A DNA stretch of 64,000 nt from Promethearchaeota archaeon (GCA_016840085.1 JAEOTA010000004.1:160001-224000); one strand, 5' to 3'. Positions 32,151 through 42,401 are shown, numbered from the stretch's first letter. Numbers and translations are program-made. The notes: generated by a model from the sequence alone, not told the origin.

Positions 32151-33032
32151 ATGATTGCAAATAGAAGTAAATATTCAAATCTTTGTTCAGAATGTGGAGG
32201 TTCAATTCTTTTCATAGAAGAAAAAGGGGAAACCGTTTGTGGGCAATGTGGTTTAATTATAAATGATCGAATTGTAGATTTTTCTCATAGTGGAAAGAGG
32301 GCATATACTAATCAAGAAAAAATTAATAGAGAGCAGACAGGATCCCCAATTTCAATTTTAATGCCCGATATGGGTTTAAGTACGGTAATAAACAAGGAAA
32401 AAATTAATAATCCTGATTTAAAAAGAGCAGCTAAATGGAATACTAGAATAACCTGGAAAAAAAGGAATTTGTTAATTGCGTCTACCGAATTAAAAAGAAT
32501 TGCCAGTAATTTAAACTTACCTAATCATATTAAAGAGGATGCTATGCGTCTTTATATAGAAGCATTTAAGAGAAAATTACTACGAGGACGTTCTATAAAT
32601 GCTATGGTCGCAGCTTGTTTATATTTAGCTTGTAGAAGAGAAGAATTTCCGAGAACACTTCAAGAAATTTTAGATGAAGCTTCTGCTAGTGCTAAAGACG
32701 TAAGAAGAAGTTTTAGTGTATTAATAAGAGAATTAAATTTAAAGACTAATTCCACTGATCCTATTTCTTTAATTCCAAGATATATTACTGAATTGGGATT
32801 GGATGCTGAAATAGAAAGAATAACTATTAAAATTTTAAAAAGATATGGTTTGAAATATTCTATAAGTGGAAAAGATCCAAAAGGGTTATGTGCTGGAGCA
32901 ATATATCTTGCATGCAAAATAAAAAGTTTGAGTCTTACTCAACAGCAAATTGCTAATTCAGTTGGAATTACTGAAGTTACACTTCGCTCTAGATATAAAG
33001 AATTGAAAACTAAACTAAATATAACTGTATAA
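32151..33032 (+). CDS. tfb: transcription initiation factor IIB paralog
   Basis: Zn ribbon CSEC...CGQCG, LLRGRS, GKDPKG, ITEVTLRSRYKEL. Confidence 0.96.
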   Translation: MIANRSKYSNLCSECGGSILFIEEKGETVCGQCGLIINDRIVDFSHSGKRAYTNQEKINREQTGSPISILMPDMGLSTVINKEKINNPDLKRAAKWNTRITWKKRNLLIASTELKRIASNLNLPNHIKEDAMRLYIEAFKRKLLRGRSINAMVAACLYLACRREEFPRTLQEILDEASASAKDVRRSFSVLIRELNLKTNSTDPISLIPRYITELGLDAEIERITIKILKRYGLKYSISGKDPKGLCAGAIYLACKIKSLSLTQQQIANSVGITEVTLRSRYKELKTKLNITV

Positions 33033-33138
33033 GTCATTTATAACTAATACTTAAAAAGCAACTACACTTTTTTTTCATTATTTTTTTTTTTCAAGTTAAA
33101 CTGAATTCTTAAATTTTATTTATATCTGAAACATAAAG

Positions 33139-34454
33139 GTTATTTTTAATTTCCCTTCATGAAATTAAAATTGTATTCTATATTTAATTTCAGCTATGAA
33201 ATCGTAATAGAATATGGGTGTAACCCTACACCCTCTATCCCATCTGCCGATATGGCTTTTGGGACTGCTTTTTTAAGGATATTATATGCTCCATTCACAT
33301 CGGCATTGATAATGATCCCTTCTTGACTGCGAAATAACCCTCTACAAATACGCTTTCCCCGATATTCTACATGCCTTTTAATAGATTCATTATCTAAGAA
33401 ACTGCATCTCGAAGTGAAAGATTCTGTCTCTAAAATAACATCAATCCCGGCTAACTCTGATTTGTATTTAATTTGGGACACTAATTTGAAAAAGGGAATC
33501 TGGACAAAGTTCTGGTTATTACGCCTCCCAATTTTTATCTTGTATTTCCAAGTTTATTTATAACCGATGATTATTGTTCCAAAATCATGTTCAATGCAAT
33601 ATTCAATCACTTCTCTCGAAATTTTATGAAAAATATCATTTATTTTATTGTTTCGTTTTCTAGTAAGTTGTTGCATTCTTTTTGTTTTAGAACTAATCCC
33701 TTGCTTATCCTTTATACTTTTATATTTGGCAAGTTGTTTGTTGTAGAATTGATTAATAGATTTGACAATACCACCTTTAATAATAGCAGGTTGTAACCCC
33801 GCATTATTTACTATAGTTATGATATTGTTCAACCCTAAATCAATTCCAATAACTCTCTCTTTATCCAAATTCAAATCTTTTGCTTCTTTTTGATAAATAA
33901 TTTCTAATACATAATACAATCTTTTTGGAATAATTCTGACGTGGTGTAATTTACTTTTTATACGTGTTTTAATAGGGGGTAATTGAGTTTTTTTAGGAAA
34001 ATAAAGAAAACCTCCCTTGATCCTGCATTGTTGATTCGTGAAAACAACCATACAACCACCATCTTTCTTCTTATAACGTGGCGGTTTTGGAGTTCCTACA
34101 TATCTCTCCGGATGCTTTTTATGGGTTTTAAGAGACAGAAAAAATGATTTCCAATTTTTATCCACGATTTTTAAAGTTTGCTGAGCAGTCTGTGAAGGGA
34201 GTTTTTTATATGGTTCTTTCTCTTTTAGCATATACCATAAATCGTAATATCTCAACCAATTTCCTAAATAAAAATATTCTTGTCTCACACAAAAGTTAGC
34301 AAAATTGTAGAGATTTTTTGATAAATGACATAAATAAGATAATTGTGCAGTGTTCTTTAATTGAATTTGTTCTGTCAGTCTCATTCCCATAATATTGAAG
34401 GAGAGTATCAGATTTAAAAGAAAAGAGACTGAAGATTTATATTTGATAAAAGAA
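33139..34454 (-). mobile_element. IS200/IS605-family (TnpB-only, IS1341-like) element, copy 1
   Basis: Bounds from homology with copy 2; right-end hairpin TTTTAATTTC-N7-GAAATTAAAA (33144-33170) followed by AATAAC; left boundary approximate; no tnpA. Confidence 0.85.
33194..34390 (-). pseudogene. tnpB: TnpB interrupted by a single in-frame TAA (33554-33556)
   Basis: ORFs 33554-34390 and 33194-33481 are in the same frame; AAA TAA here vs AAC AAA in copy 2; GIDLG, ESFTSRC and NADVNGAYNI present. Confidence 0.9.
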
Positions 34455-34530
34455 AATTAAAAATAAAAGGAAATTAAAAATACTCCTTAGTTATAAAAAT
34501 TAACATATTAAAAAGTAGTAGACGATTAAA

Positions 34531-35511
34531 TTGGTATCATATAAAGAATTAGGGTTATCTAGTACAAAAAAGATGTTTGAAGTCGCTTTAGAAAGGAAAT
34601 TTGCAGTTCCGGGATATAATTTTAGCAATTTAGAGCAATTACAAGCGATAGTTATTGGATGTGGAGAAGTTAATTCTCCAGTCATTCTTCAAAATAGCCC
34701 ATCAGCTCGAAAATATGCAAATCAAACTATAGTTCGATACTTAGCACAAGGAGTGGTTGAGATGGCAAGAAATCAAAACTATGATATACCAATTGCTTTA
34801 CATTTAGATCATGGGAATTCATTTGAATTAGCTAAATCATGCATTGATACTGGTTTTTCCAGTGTTATGTTTGATGGAAGTCATATGAAATATGAAGAAA
34901 ATATAGAAATTACCAAAAAAATTGTGGAATATGCTCATGAAAGAGATGTTAGTGTAGAAGCAGAATTAGGTGTAATTGCTGGTATCGAAGGACATGTAAA
35001 AGCAGATAAACATTTCTATACGGATCCAGATCAAGTAGAAGATTTTGTAAATAGAACTAGTTGCGATTCATTAGCTATCGCTATTGGAACATCCCATGGC
35101 GCATATAAATTTAAAGTAGAAAAAGAAGAAGATATACCTGAATTACGATTTGATATTCTTCAAGAAGTAAGAAAGCGATTAGGTAAATTTCCAATTGTCT
35201 TACACGGTTCATCTTCTATACCCCAAAAATATGTGAATATAATAAATCAATATGGGGGTACAGTAGCTAAAGCTTTTGGAATTCCAGAAACTCAATTAAA
35301 AAAAGCAACCCAATATGGTGTGTGTAAAATTAATATAGCAACTGATTTTAGATTAATCTTTACTGCAATGATACGAAAATTCTTATCAGAACATTCAGAT
35401 CAAATTGGACCAAGACAATATTTAGGTTTAGCTCGTCAAGAGTCGATCGAGATGATAAAAGAAAGAAATTTAAAAGTTTTAGGTTCTGCTGGTCAAGCGA
35501 AATATATTTAG
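34531..35511 (+). CDS. fba: class II fructose-bisphosphate aldolase
   Basis: LHLDHG, SVMFDGSH, VEAELG, GTSHGAYK, VLHGSS, KINIATD. Confidence 0.95.
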   Translation: MVSYKELGLSSTKKMFEVALERKFAVPGYNFSNLEQLQAIVIGCGEVNSPVILQNSPSARKYANQTIVRYLAQGVVEMARNQNYDIPIALHLDHGNSFELAKSCIDTGFSSVMFDGSHMKYEENIEITKKIVEYAHERDVSVEAELGVIAGIEGHVKADKHFYTDPDQVEDFVNRTSCDSLAIAIGTSHGAYKFKVEKEEDIPELRFDILQEVRKRLGKFPIVLHGSSSIPQKYVNIINQYGGTVAKAFGIPETQLKKATQYGVCKINIATDFRLIFTAMIRKFLSEHSDQIGPRQYLGLARQESIEMIKERNLKVLGSAGQAKYI

Positions 35512-35713
35512 TATTATTTTCAAAATTAAATTAAGCCTATCTCTTCAGGTGTGAGATTGCGAAGTCTTATATACTCCCCAGATTGTAACTTTTGAAAAAA
35601 TATAATAGTTCAATATCATATGCATGTGGCGTAAAAAGCATACTAGTAATAGGATTTTTAGAACTTTTCATTACTCTTTATCCTTTAATGAGTTTAAAAG
35701 TATGAATGGGATT

Positions 35714-35983
35714 TTAACCTTTTTCAATTACTATCCCTGTTCCTCCTTCAGGATATTGGAATTGAATTGCCCCAGTATCACAAACTTGATAACAAGCTGC
35801 ACATTCTAAACATTTAGACTGGTAATCATCTACAATCCGAATTATTCCATCTTTTTTTCGCCATAAATTCATTATGCATATAATTAAACAACGTTCACAG
35901 TTATTGCATTTATTATAATCTATTGATATAAAGTCTCCTGTACCGGGTATTCGTTTAGTTAGCCCGTCTAATTCAATATTCAA
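35714..35983 (-). CDS. ferredoxin (FixX-like)
   Basis: CNNCERCLIIC and CLECAACYQVC; YPEGGTG C-terminus. Confidence 0.9.
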   Translation of the reverse strand: MNIELDGLTKRIPGTGDFISIDYNKCNNCERCLIICIMNLWRKKDGIIRIVDDYQSKCLECAACYQVCDTGAIQFQYPEGGTGIVIEKG

Positions 35984-35985
35984 TT

Positions 35986-37389
35986 TTATTTAACACCTCT
36001 TTTCTTTTTTTTCTGCGGTAACATATCTAAAAGTTTAGGTAGAACTCTCATAATCTTCTTTGGATCCATTATCTTATCTACATCATCTTCAAAAATCTTA
36101 GCAACCAGAGGAAATACATATGCCATTATAAATGGTGTTGCTTTTGGCATATATGATTTAACATGACTCACAATTTGTCGTATACGTTTTGCGTGGGGTT
36201 GGGACCAATCAAAAATTCCACCAAGAATTTCCATAATCATTGGAACAAACCATGACATAGTTTCTTTTGGACTGAATGGTAAGGCTTTCCAAATAGTCCA
36301 TAACTCTTTCCCTGCTTCAAATTCTTCTCCTATACTTGTTTTTTGCCATTCTTCATCAAACTTTTTTAATGCCATTTTAGAAACATCACCAGAAGAAATC
36401 GTTTCGGCAGCTATTTCTGCAGCAATTTTTCCAGTTACCATCGCAGGATAAATTCCTTCCGCCTCAAGAGGACATGGAAAACCACCAGCATCTCCAATCA
36501 ATATTACCCCATTAGTATGAGTATTATGAGGATAATCTAACCAAGGTAGTAAGTGAGCTTGCAGTTCACGTGGTCTAGCTTCGAGGATTTTTAACAATCT
36601 TTGATAATATTTTAGATTAATGACACGATTTAAATAATACAATGGATTGTTATCCCACCAATTCATCCAGTTTCCCAATCCTTGATGAAAACCATCATTA
36701 AAAAAGACTTGATATGAAGCTGGAAAATTTGACCCCCACCAAACTGCTAATGTTTCATCACCCATAATATCATCGATTTTATCCGAAGATGCGTGAAAAT
36801 CGTACTGTAGTGTTAATGTAATTTGTTTTTGAGCCCATTTATTTCTTAATCCAGATTTCTGTGCTACAATTGATATGGCTCCATCTGCGCCAATAACAAG
36901 TGGTGCTCTATATTTTTCACCTTTTTCATCAATTACACCACATACTTTTCCCTCATCTTTTATTAGATCAATAACCAGAGTTGATGTCTTTAATTCAGCG
37001 CCAACATCAGTCGCAAATTTAGCAATCCATGGATCAAACTCACTACGATAAACATTCATAGTAATCCAACTTTTTGCGGGTTCATATGAAACAGATTCAG
37101 TCGGACGGGCCATTATATAACCCGCTACTATATCATCTTTATTAACAAAATAGTTACGGGCCGCAGTACCTGCTCTCATTGAGGGACATTTTTCTGGAGT
37201 TAGTTCTTTCATCATCTCAGGAAAATCTCTGAACATTCTTGGTCCTAATCCACAACCAGAAGAATTTTTTTCACCAGGTTTCCGACCGCGCTCAAAAAAA
37301 ATTGTTTTAAGACCTTTTTCTGCAGCGGTTTTAGCAGCAACAGAGCCTCCAGGGCCAGCGCCAACTATGATTATATCATAAGTTTTCAT
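35986..37389 (-). CDS. FAD-dependent oxidoreductase, FixC/geranylgeranyl reductase family
   Basis: VGAGPGG, ERGRKPGEKN, RSEFDPW, GADG, IGDAGG...EGI; cotranscribed with the ferredoxin. Confidence 0.9.
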   Translation of the reverse strand: MKTYDIIIVGAGPGGSVAAKTAAEKGLKTIFFERGRKPGEKNSSGCGLGPRMFRDFPEMMKELTPEKCPSMRAGTAARNYFVNKDDIVAGYIMARPTESVSYEPAKSWITMNVYRSEFDPWIAKFATDVGAELKTSTLVIDLIKDEGKVCGVIDEKGEKYRAPLVIGADGAISIVAQKSGLRNKWAQKQITLTLQYDFHASSDKIDDIMGDETLAVWWGSNFPASYQVFFNDGFHQGLGNWMNWWDNNPLYYLNRVINLKYYQRLLKILEARPRELQAHLLPWLDYPHNTHTNGVILIGDAGGFPCPLEAEGIYPAMVTGKIAAEIAAETISSGDVSKMALKKFDEEWQKTSIGEEFEAGKELWTIWKALPFSPKETMSWFVPMIMEILGGIFDWSQPHAKRIRQIVSHVKSYMPKATPFIMAYVFPLVAKIFEDDVDKIMDPKKIMRVLPKLLDMLPQKKKKRGVK

Positions 37390-37454
37390 TTGAATTTCCT
37401 ATTTTATTTCTTTTTGAAAAATATATTTGTTTTATATTTTTTGTATTATTAATG

Positions 37455-38770
37455 TTCTTTTATCCAATATAAATCTTCAGTCTCTTTTCTTTTAAATTTG
37501 ATACTCTCCTTAAATCTTATTGGAATGAGGCTGACAGAACAGATTCAATTAAAAAACACTACACAATTATCTTATCTGTGTCATTTATCTAAAAATCTCT
37601 ATAATCTTGCCAATTATTATGTGAGACAAGAATATTTTTATTTAGGAAATTGGTTGAGATATTACGATTTATGGTATATGCTAAAAGAAAAAGAACCATA
37701 TAAAAAGCTCCCTTCACAAACTGCTCAGCAAACTTTAAAACTCTTGGATAAAAATTGGAAATCATTTTTTCAATCTCTTAAAACCTATAAAAAGCATCCA
37801 GAGAGGTATTTAGGAGCTCCAAAACTACCGCGGTATAAAAAGAAAGATGGTGAGTGTTTGATTGTTTTTACGAATCAGCAATGCAGGATCAATGGTAGTT
37901 TTCTTTTTTTCCCGAAAAAAACTCAATTACCTCCTGTTAAAACACGTATAAAATTTAAATTACACCAAGTCAGAATTATTCCGAAAGGATTGTGTTATAT
38001 TTTAGAAATAATTTACCAAAAAGATGTAAATAATTTAAATTTGGATAAAGAAAGAGTCATTGGAATTGATTTGGGGTTGGACAATATCATAACTATGGTA
38101 AATAATGCTAGGCTTCAACCTGCTATTATTAAAGGTGGTATTGTTAAATCTATTAATCAATTCTATAATAAACAACTTGCCAGATATAAAAGCATAAAGG
38201 ATAAGCAAGGGATTGGGTCTAAAACAAAAAGAATGCAAAGACTAATCCAGAAAAGAAACAACAAAATAAATGATATCTTCCATAAAATTTCGAGAGCAGT
38301 GATTAATTATTGTATTAACCACGATTTTGGAACGATAATCATTGGGTATAACAAAACTTGGAAACATAAAATAAAAATTGGAAAGCGTAATAACCAGAAC
38401 TTTGTCCAAATTCCTTTTTCCAAATTAGTATCCCAAATTAAATATAAATCACAGTTAATCGGGATTGATGTTATTTTAGAGACGGAACATTTCACTTCGA
38501 GATGTAGTTTTTTAGATAATGAATCAATTGAAAAACATGAAACATATCAGGGAAAGCGTATTTGCAGAGGTTTATATTACAGTCAACAAGGGATCATTAT
38601 CAATGCGGATGTGAACGGAGCATATAATATCTTAAAAAAAGCAATCCCAAAAGTCATATCGGTAGATGGGATAGAGGGTGTAGGGTTACACCCATATTCT
38701 ATTAAGATTTCGTAGCTGTAATCAGATATAGAATACAATTTTAATTTCGTGAAGATAAATTAAAAATAAC
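37455..38770 (+). mobile_element. IS200/IS605-family (TnpB-only, IS1341-like) element, copy 2
   Basis: Homologous to 33139-34454 including non-coding ends; hairpin TTTTAATTT...AAATTAAAA (38739-38765), then AATAAC; left boundary approximate. Confidence 0.87.
37525..38715 (+). CDS. tnpB: RNA-guided endonuclease TnpB (intact)
   Basis: GIDLG (RuvC-I), IIIGYNKTWK, EHFTSRC, NADVNGAYNI (RuvC-III); ATG 37525 is shared with copy 1. Confidence 0.93.
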   Translation: MRLTEQIQLKNTTQLSYLCHLSKNLYNLANYYVRQEYFYLGNWLRYYDLWYMLKEKEPYKKLPSQTAQQTLKLLDKNWKSFFQSLKTYKKHPERYLGAPKLPRYKKKDGECLIVFTNQQCRINGSFLFFPKKTQLPPVKTRIKFKLHQVRIIPKGLCYILEIIYQKDVNNLNLDKERVIGIDLGLDNIITMVNNARLQPAIIKGGIVKSINQFYNKQLARYKSIKDKQGIGSKTKRMQRLIQKRNNKINDIFHKISRAVINYCINHDFGTIIIGYNKTWKHKIKIGKRNNQNFVQIPFSKLVSQIKYKSQLIGIDVILETEHFTSRCSFLDNESIEKHETYQGKRICRGLYYSQQGIIINADVNGAYNILKKAIPKVISVDGIEGVGLHPYSIKIS

Positions 38771-38874
38771 CTAATACTTATCATTTATAAAAAATTTAGT
38801 TTTTTCAACACCAAACACCTTAATAGATAGTAATATTTTAAGAAGAAAGCACCTGTTATTCATATAAATTAACT

Positions 38875-40338
38875 ATGACTAAAGAGCAGATATATCAAAA
38901 ACTAGTTAGAATCTGTGGTTCTAAAAATATTTCAGACAGTCCTACAATTATTAAGGATTATTCAAAAGATCTAAGCTTTTTTCCCGAGAAATCACCTTTA
39001 TATGTTATCAGGCTTAAAAATAGAGATAAAATTCAAAAGGTTTTGAAATTAGCTAACTCTTTAAATTTTTCTGTTATTTCTGTAAGTTCTAATTCGGGTC
39101 CTCGGCACCATGGAGATACAATCCCTCGAAATGATAATTGTATTATAATGAATCTTTCTAAATTAAGAAAAATTCGTAATATTGACAAGAAAAATAGAGT
39201 AATTATGGTGGAACCTGGAGTGACATTTGGTGAATTAATTCCTAATCTCCAGAAAAAGGGATTAAGATTAATGATTCCTCTACACCCTAGGGCATCAAAA
39301 TCTGTTCTTACAGCAGCTCTTGAAAGAGTGCCTATTACTATACCTCGTTATATGTGGGATAGCTCTGATCCTTTATTATGTACTGAAGTTTTTTTTGGAA
39401 ATAGCGAAAGGTTTAGAACGGGGACTGCTGCAGGTCCTGGAAGTATAAAGCAACAGAAAAAATCAGGGCAAGCTCAAATAAATCCTATGGGCCCCACCCA
39501 ATTTAGTCCTTTTAGGGTGATACAAGGAGCTCAGGGAAGTATAGGGATTGTAACATGGGCTACATTAAAATTAGAATTGCTTCCTTCGATTCAAGAAGTA
39601 TTTCATATCTATTCAGATAATATTCAAGAGTTATTGGACCTTCAATATGAATTATTAAAATATCGTTTATGTGATGAATTACTAATTCTAAATAATTTAA
39701 ATTTAGCTTGCTTAGTTAAACAAGAATCAAGTGATATCATACAATTAACTAATAATTTACCTAAATGGAATTTAATTTATGTATTATCAGGAAGGAGTAA
39801 ATTTGCGAAAGACAAAATATCATATTTAAAAGAAGATATTAGCGATATAATGAAAGAAAAGAATTTATTACATCTAAAAAGAGCTAATATCATTAATAAT
39901 GATACTATTTTAAATTTTCTAACTCAAGCTGATATGAATCCTTGGAAGTTAAGATTAACTGGAGGATATCAAGATATATTCTTTATAACTAACTTTGAAA
40001 AAATTCCAGAATTTATCTCAATTATAGAAAAACTAATCCCCCTTAATTTAGGAGTATATATCCAAGCAATCAATCAAGGAACTTCATATCACTGTGAATT
40101 TGATATTTTTTATAATCCTTTTGATAAACAAGAAACTATGAGTGTTAAAGAGAAATTCTTAGAAGCTAGTATTAAATTAATGGATTCTGGTGCTTTTTTT
40201 AATAGACCCTATGGTATTTGGGCAAAAGAAGTCTTTAAAAGACATCAAGATTCAACACAAATAGCTCTGAAAAAAGTAAAAAGGATTTTTGACCCTAATA
40301 ATGTATTAAATCCCGGAGTTTTATGTTTTGACAATTAA
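38875..40338 (+). CDS. FAD-binding oxidoreductase (VAO/PCMH, GlcD-like)
   Basis: VEPGVTFGEL, GAQGSIGIVT, KRIFDPNNVLNPG. Confidence 0.9.
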   Translation: MTKEQIYQKLVRICGSKNISDSPTIIKDYSKDLSFFPEKSPLYVIRLKNRDKIQKVLKLANSLNFSVISVSSNSGPRHHGDTIPRNDNCIIMNLSKLRKIRNIDKKNRVIMVEPGVTFGELIPNLQKKGLRLMIPLHPRASKSVLTAALERVPITIPRYMWDSSDPLLCTEVFFGNSERFRTGTAAGPGSIKQQKKSGQAQINPMGPTQFSPFRVIQGAQGSIGIVTWATLKLELLPSIQEVFHIYSDNIQELLDLQYELLKYRLCDELLILNNLNLACLVKQESSDIIQLTNNLPKWNLIYVLSGRSKFAKDKISYLKEDISDIMKEKNLLHLKRANIINNDTILNFLTQADMNPWKLRLTGGYQDIFFITNFEKIPEFISIIEKLIPLNLGVYIQAINQGTSYHCEFDIFYNPFDKQETMSVKEKFLEASIKLMDSGAFFNRPYGIWAKEVFKRHQDSTQIALKKVKRIFDPNNVLNPGVLCFDN

Positions 40339-40421
40339 TATAATTCTTAAAAGATACAATTTTATTCTATTAAAAATTTAGGAAACATAATTTTTATAAA
40401 TTTGGATAAATTATATTAATT

Positions 40422-41189
40422 ATGGAACCTCAAAAATTAATTTCCTTAACCAAATCATTACTTAAGGAAATCAGGAACAATGATAACAATATCAGAGAAT
40501 ATTATTTAACAAAAATTAAACATCGAAAGATTAAAACTCAAGTCCATTATTTAATTTGTTTAAAACATCTATTCGATATAACAGGTAAAACAAGTGAAAA
40601 ATTATTAGAAAAAGAAGATATATTAAAAATTTGGGAAAGTGAGTGGTATAATTCTTTAGCAGAATCATCAAAAGTAATATATCTTTTCAGATTCAAAGAT
40701 TATTTGAAATTTTCTAAGAGAAAAGATTTAATAGAATATTTTCCCCAGAAACTAAAATTAGAAGAAAGATACATAAATAAGAATGAATTAGTTTCAAGAG
40801 ATAATTTAAATCTTCTACTTGAAAATACATCACCCAAATTAAAAGCTTTAATAATTGTTTTATATGAAGGAGCATTGAGAAAAGGTGAATTATTAAATAT
40901 TCGTTTACGCGATATAGTATTTTCCGATGATTTAGTTGAAATTGAAATCAGAAAATCCAAAACAAAGAAAAGAAGAATAACATTAATAGAATAAGTTCCA
41001 TATCTTAGAGAATGGATAAGAAACAAAGGAATTAGAGAAAACGACTATATTTTTCAATACCAAAACGAATCAGGTTTAAATGCCACTTTTAATCAAATAA
41101 ATAAATATATGAAAAGAAAATATCCAAAAAAATGGAAACTCGAAAAACTTTATCCACATTTATTTAGACATTCAAGATTAACGTGTTAA
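40422..41189 (+). pseudogene. tyrosine recombinase/integrase pseudogene
   Basis: LYEGALRKGELL and KSKT, in-frame TAA at 40992, frame continues VPYLREW...YPHLFRHSRLT, then ends before the catalytic Tyr. Confidence 0.88.
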
Positions 41190-41343
41190 TGATCAGTATG
41201 TTGGAGCATTCTGGGAAGAATTATGTGAAAATGAGGGGACAATTCGTTCAGCAACAATAGCTTTATGTAATGACTATGGTCATAATTGGAATCTTGGTGA
41301 TGAATGGAAAATTATGGGAGACCAATATGCTACACTTCTATAA
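41185..41343 (+). pseudogene. orphan 3' gene fragment (52 codons, no start)
   Basis: VNDQYVGAFWEELCENEGTIRSATIALCNDYGHNWNLGDEWKIMGDQYATLL*, starting where integrase homology stops. Confidence 0.55.
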
Positions 41344-41424
41344 ACAATATAATAGATGAAAAACCAACATAAATAAATCCTTTTTTTTTATAAAAATATT
41401 TAATACAATAAATTTACTCAAAAA

Positions 41425-42156
41425 ATGAATGATTCAAAGAAATTAAGACCGAAATTTATAGCTTTAATAGAAAAGTTAACTTTTTGGATATGTTCAGTAA
41501 TATCATGTCTCCCATTAGTAGTGGGAATTCTTGTTCCAATGGTAATTATGATTCCATTAGCTTATATTTCATGGTATATCTTTTCTTTTTGGACAGGAGG
41601 CTATTGGTTTGATGTCTGGATTTCAGTTTCTCCAGATTATCCAATTAGGTTTTTATTAGTGATTATTATTGAAATTTCAATTTTTATTGGAGGATCTTTA
41701 CTGTTTATAACAGGGTTGTATCATCTTGTTAAAGGTAAAAAAAGTGGACAAAATATTATTCAGACAGGTCCATATAGACTAATTCGGCATCCTCAAAATT
41801 TTGGTATACTTTTAATCGCTTTACCCTTTGCTCTTTATATTCCTGGACTCAATGATTTAGGAATTCGAATAGGTGAAATATTATCATGGACCTTATTCGG
41901 TCTAATTTTAATTATCTATTCTGACATTGAAGAGTACAAACTAAGTAAGAAATTTCCTGAAGAATTTAGTAATTATCAGGTAAAAACTGGTTTTTTTTAT
42001 CCAAAACTAAATTTTCGAAAAAGTAAGAATGATAAACCAATCTATTATCGTAAAAGGTATTTATTTTTATTACTTGGTTATATACTACTGGTTTTTACAG
42101 TCTTTATTTTAACTAACTTTTTAACGACTTTAGGTATATTTATTATTTATTTATAA
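41425..42156 (+). CDS. isoprenylcysteine carboxyl methyltransferase/PEMT family membrane protein
   Basis: IIQTGPYRLIRHPQNFG and EEYKLSKKFPEEFSNY...TGFFYP. Confidence 0.85.
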   Translation: MNDSKKLRPKFIALIEKLTFWICSVISCLPLVVGILVPMVIMIPLAYISWYIFSFWTGGYWFDVWISVSPDYPIRFLLVIIIEISIFIGGSLLFITGLYHLVKGKKSGQNIIQTGPYRLIRHPQNFGILLIALPFALYIPGLNDLGIRIGEILSWTLFGLILIIYSDIEEYKLSKKFPEEFSNYQVKTGFFYPKLNFRKSKNDKPIYYRKRYLFLLLGYILLVFTVFILTNFLTTLGIFIIYL

Positions 42157-42401
42157 TAGTACAATTTTTTCCGGTTCAAGATAAAAATTTAAAAATAAAA
42201 AATTTATAAATTTAGAGTTTCTAAGGAGACAAAAGAAAGAATTAAAAAAAAAGCAGATAAAATAATGATTTTTTTTAATTTTTTTCTGGAGATAATAAAT
42301 GTTATTAATAAATGTTATAACTCTACAAAGAAAAAAATTTGAAAAAATTATTTTGGTATTTTTGAAAATACCAATAAAACTAAGGAAAGAGGTAGGAGAA
42401 T

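Noticed and set aside
33141-34482. 14-bp inverted repeat (TATTTTTAATTTCC / GGAAATTAAAAATA) flanking tnpB copy 1, as terminal inverted repeats
   Set aside because: Not present at copy 2, very AT-rich, and IS200/IS605 elements do not use TIRs.
35525-35600. Minus-strand peptide tail QSGEYIRLRNLTPEEIGLI
   Set aside because: Too short, no start codon and no recognisable family.
33139-38770. Classical composite transposon carrying fba
   Set aside because: No transposase is present, the copies are diverged, and both outer ends are right ends on opposite strands, which does not fit TnpA chemistry.
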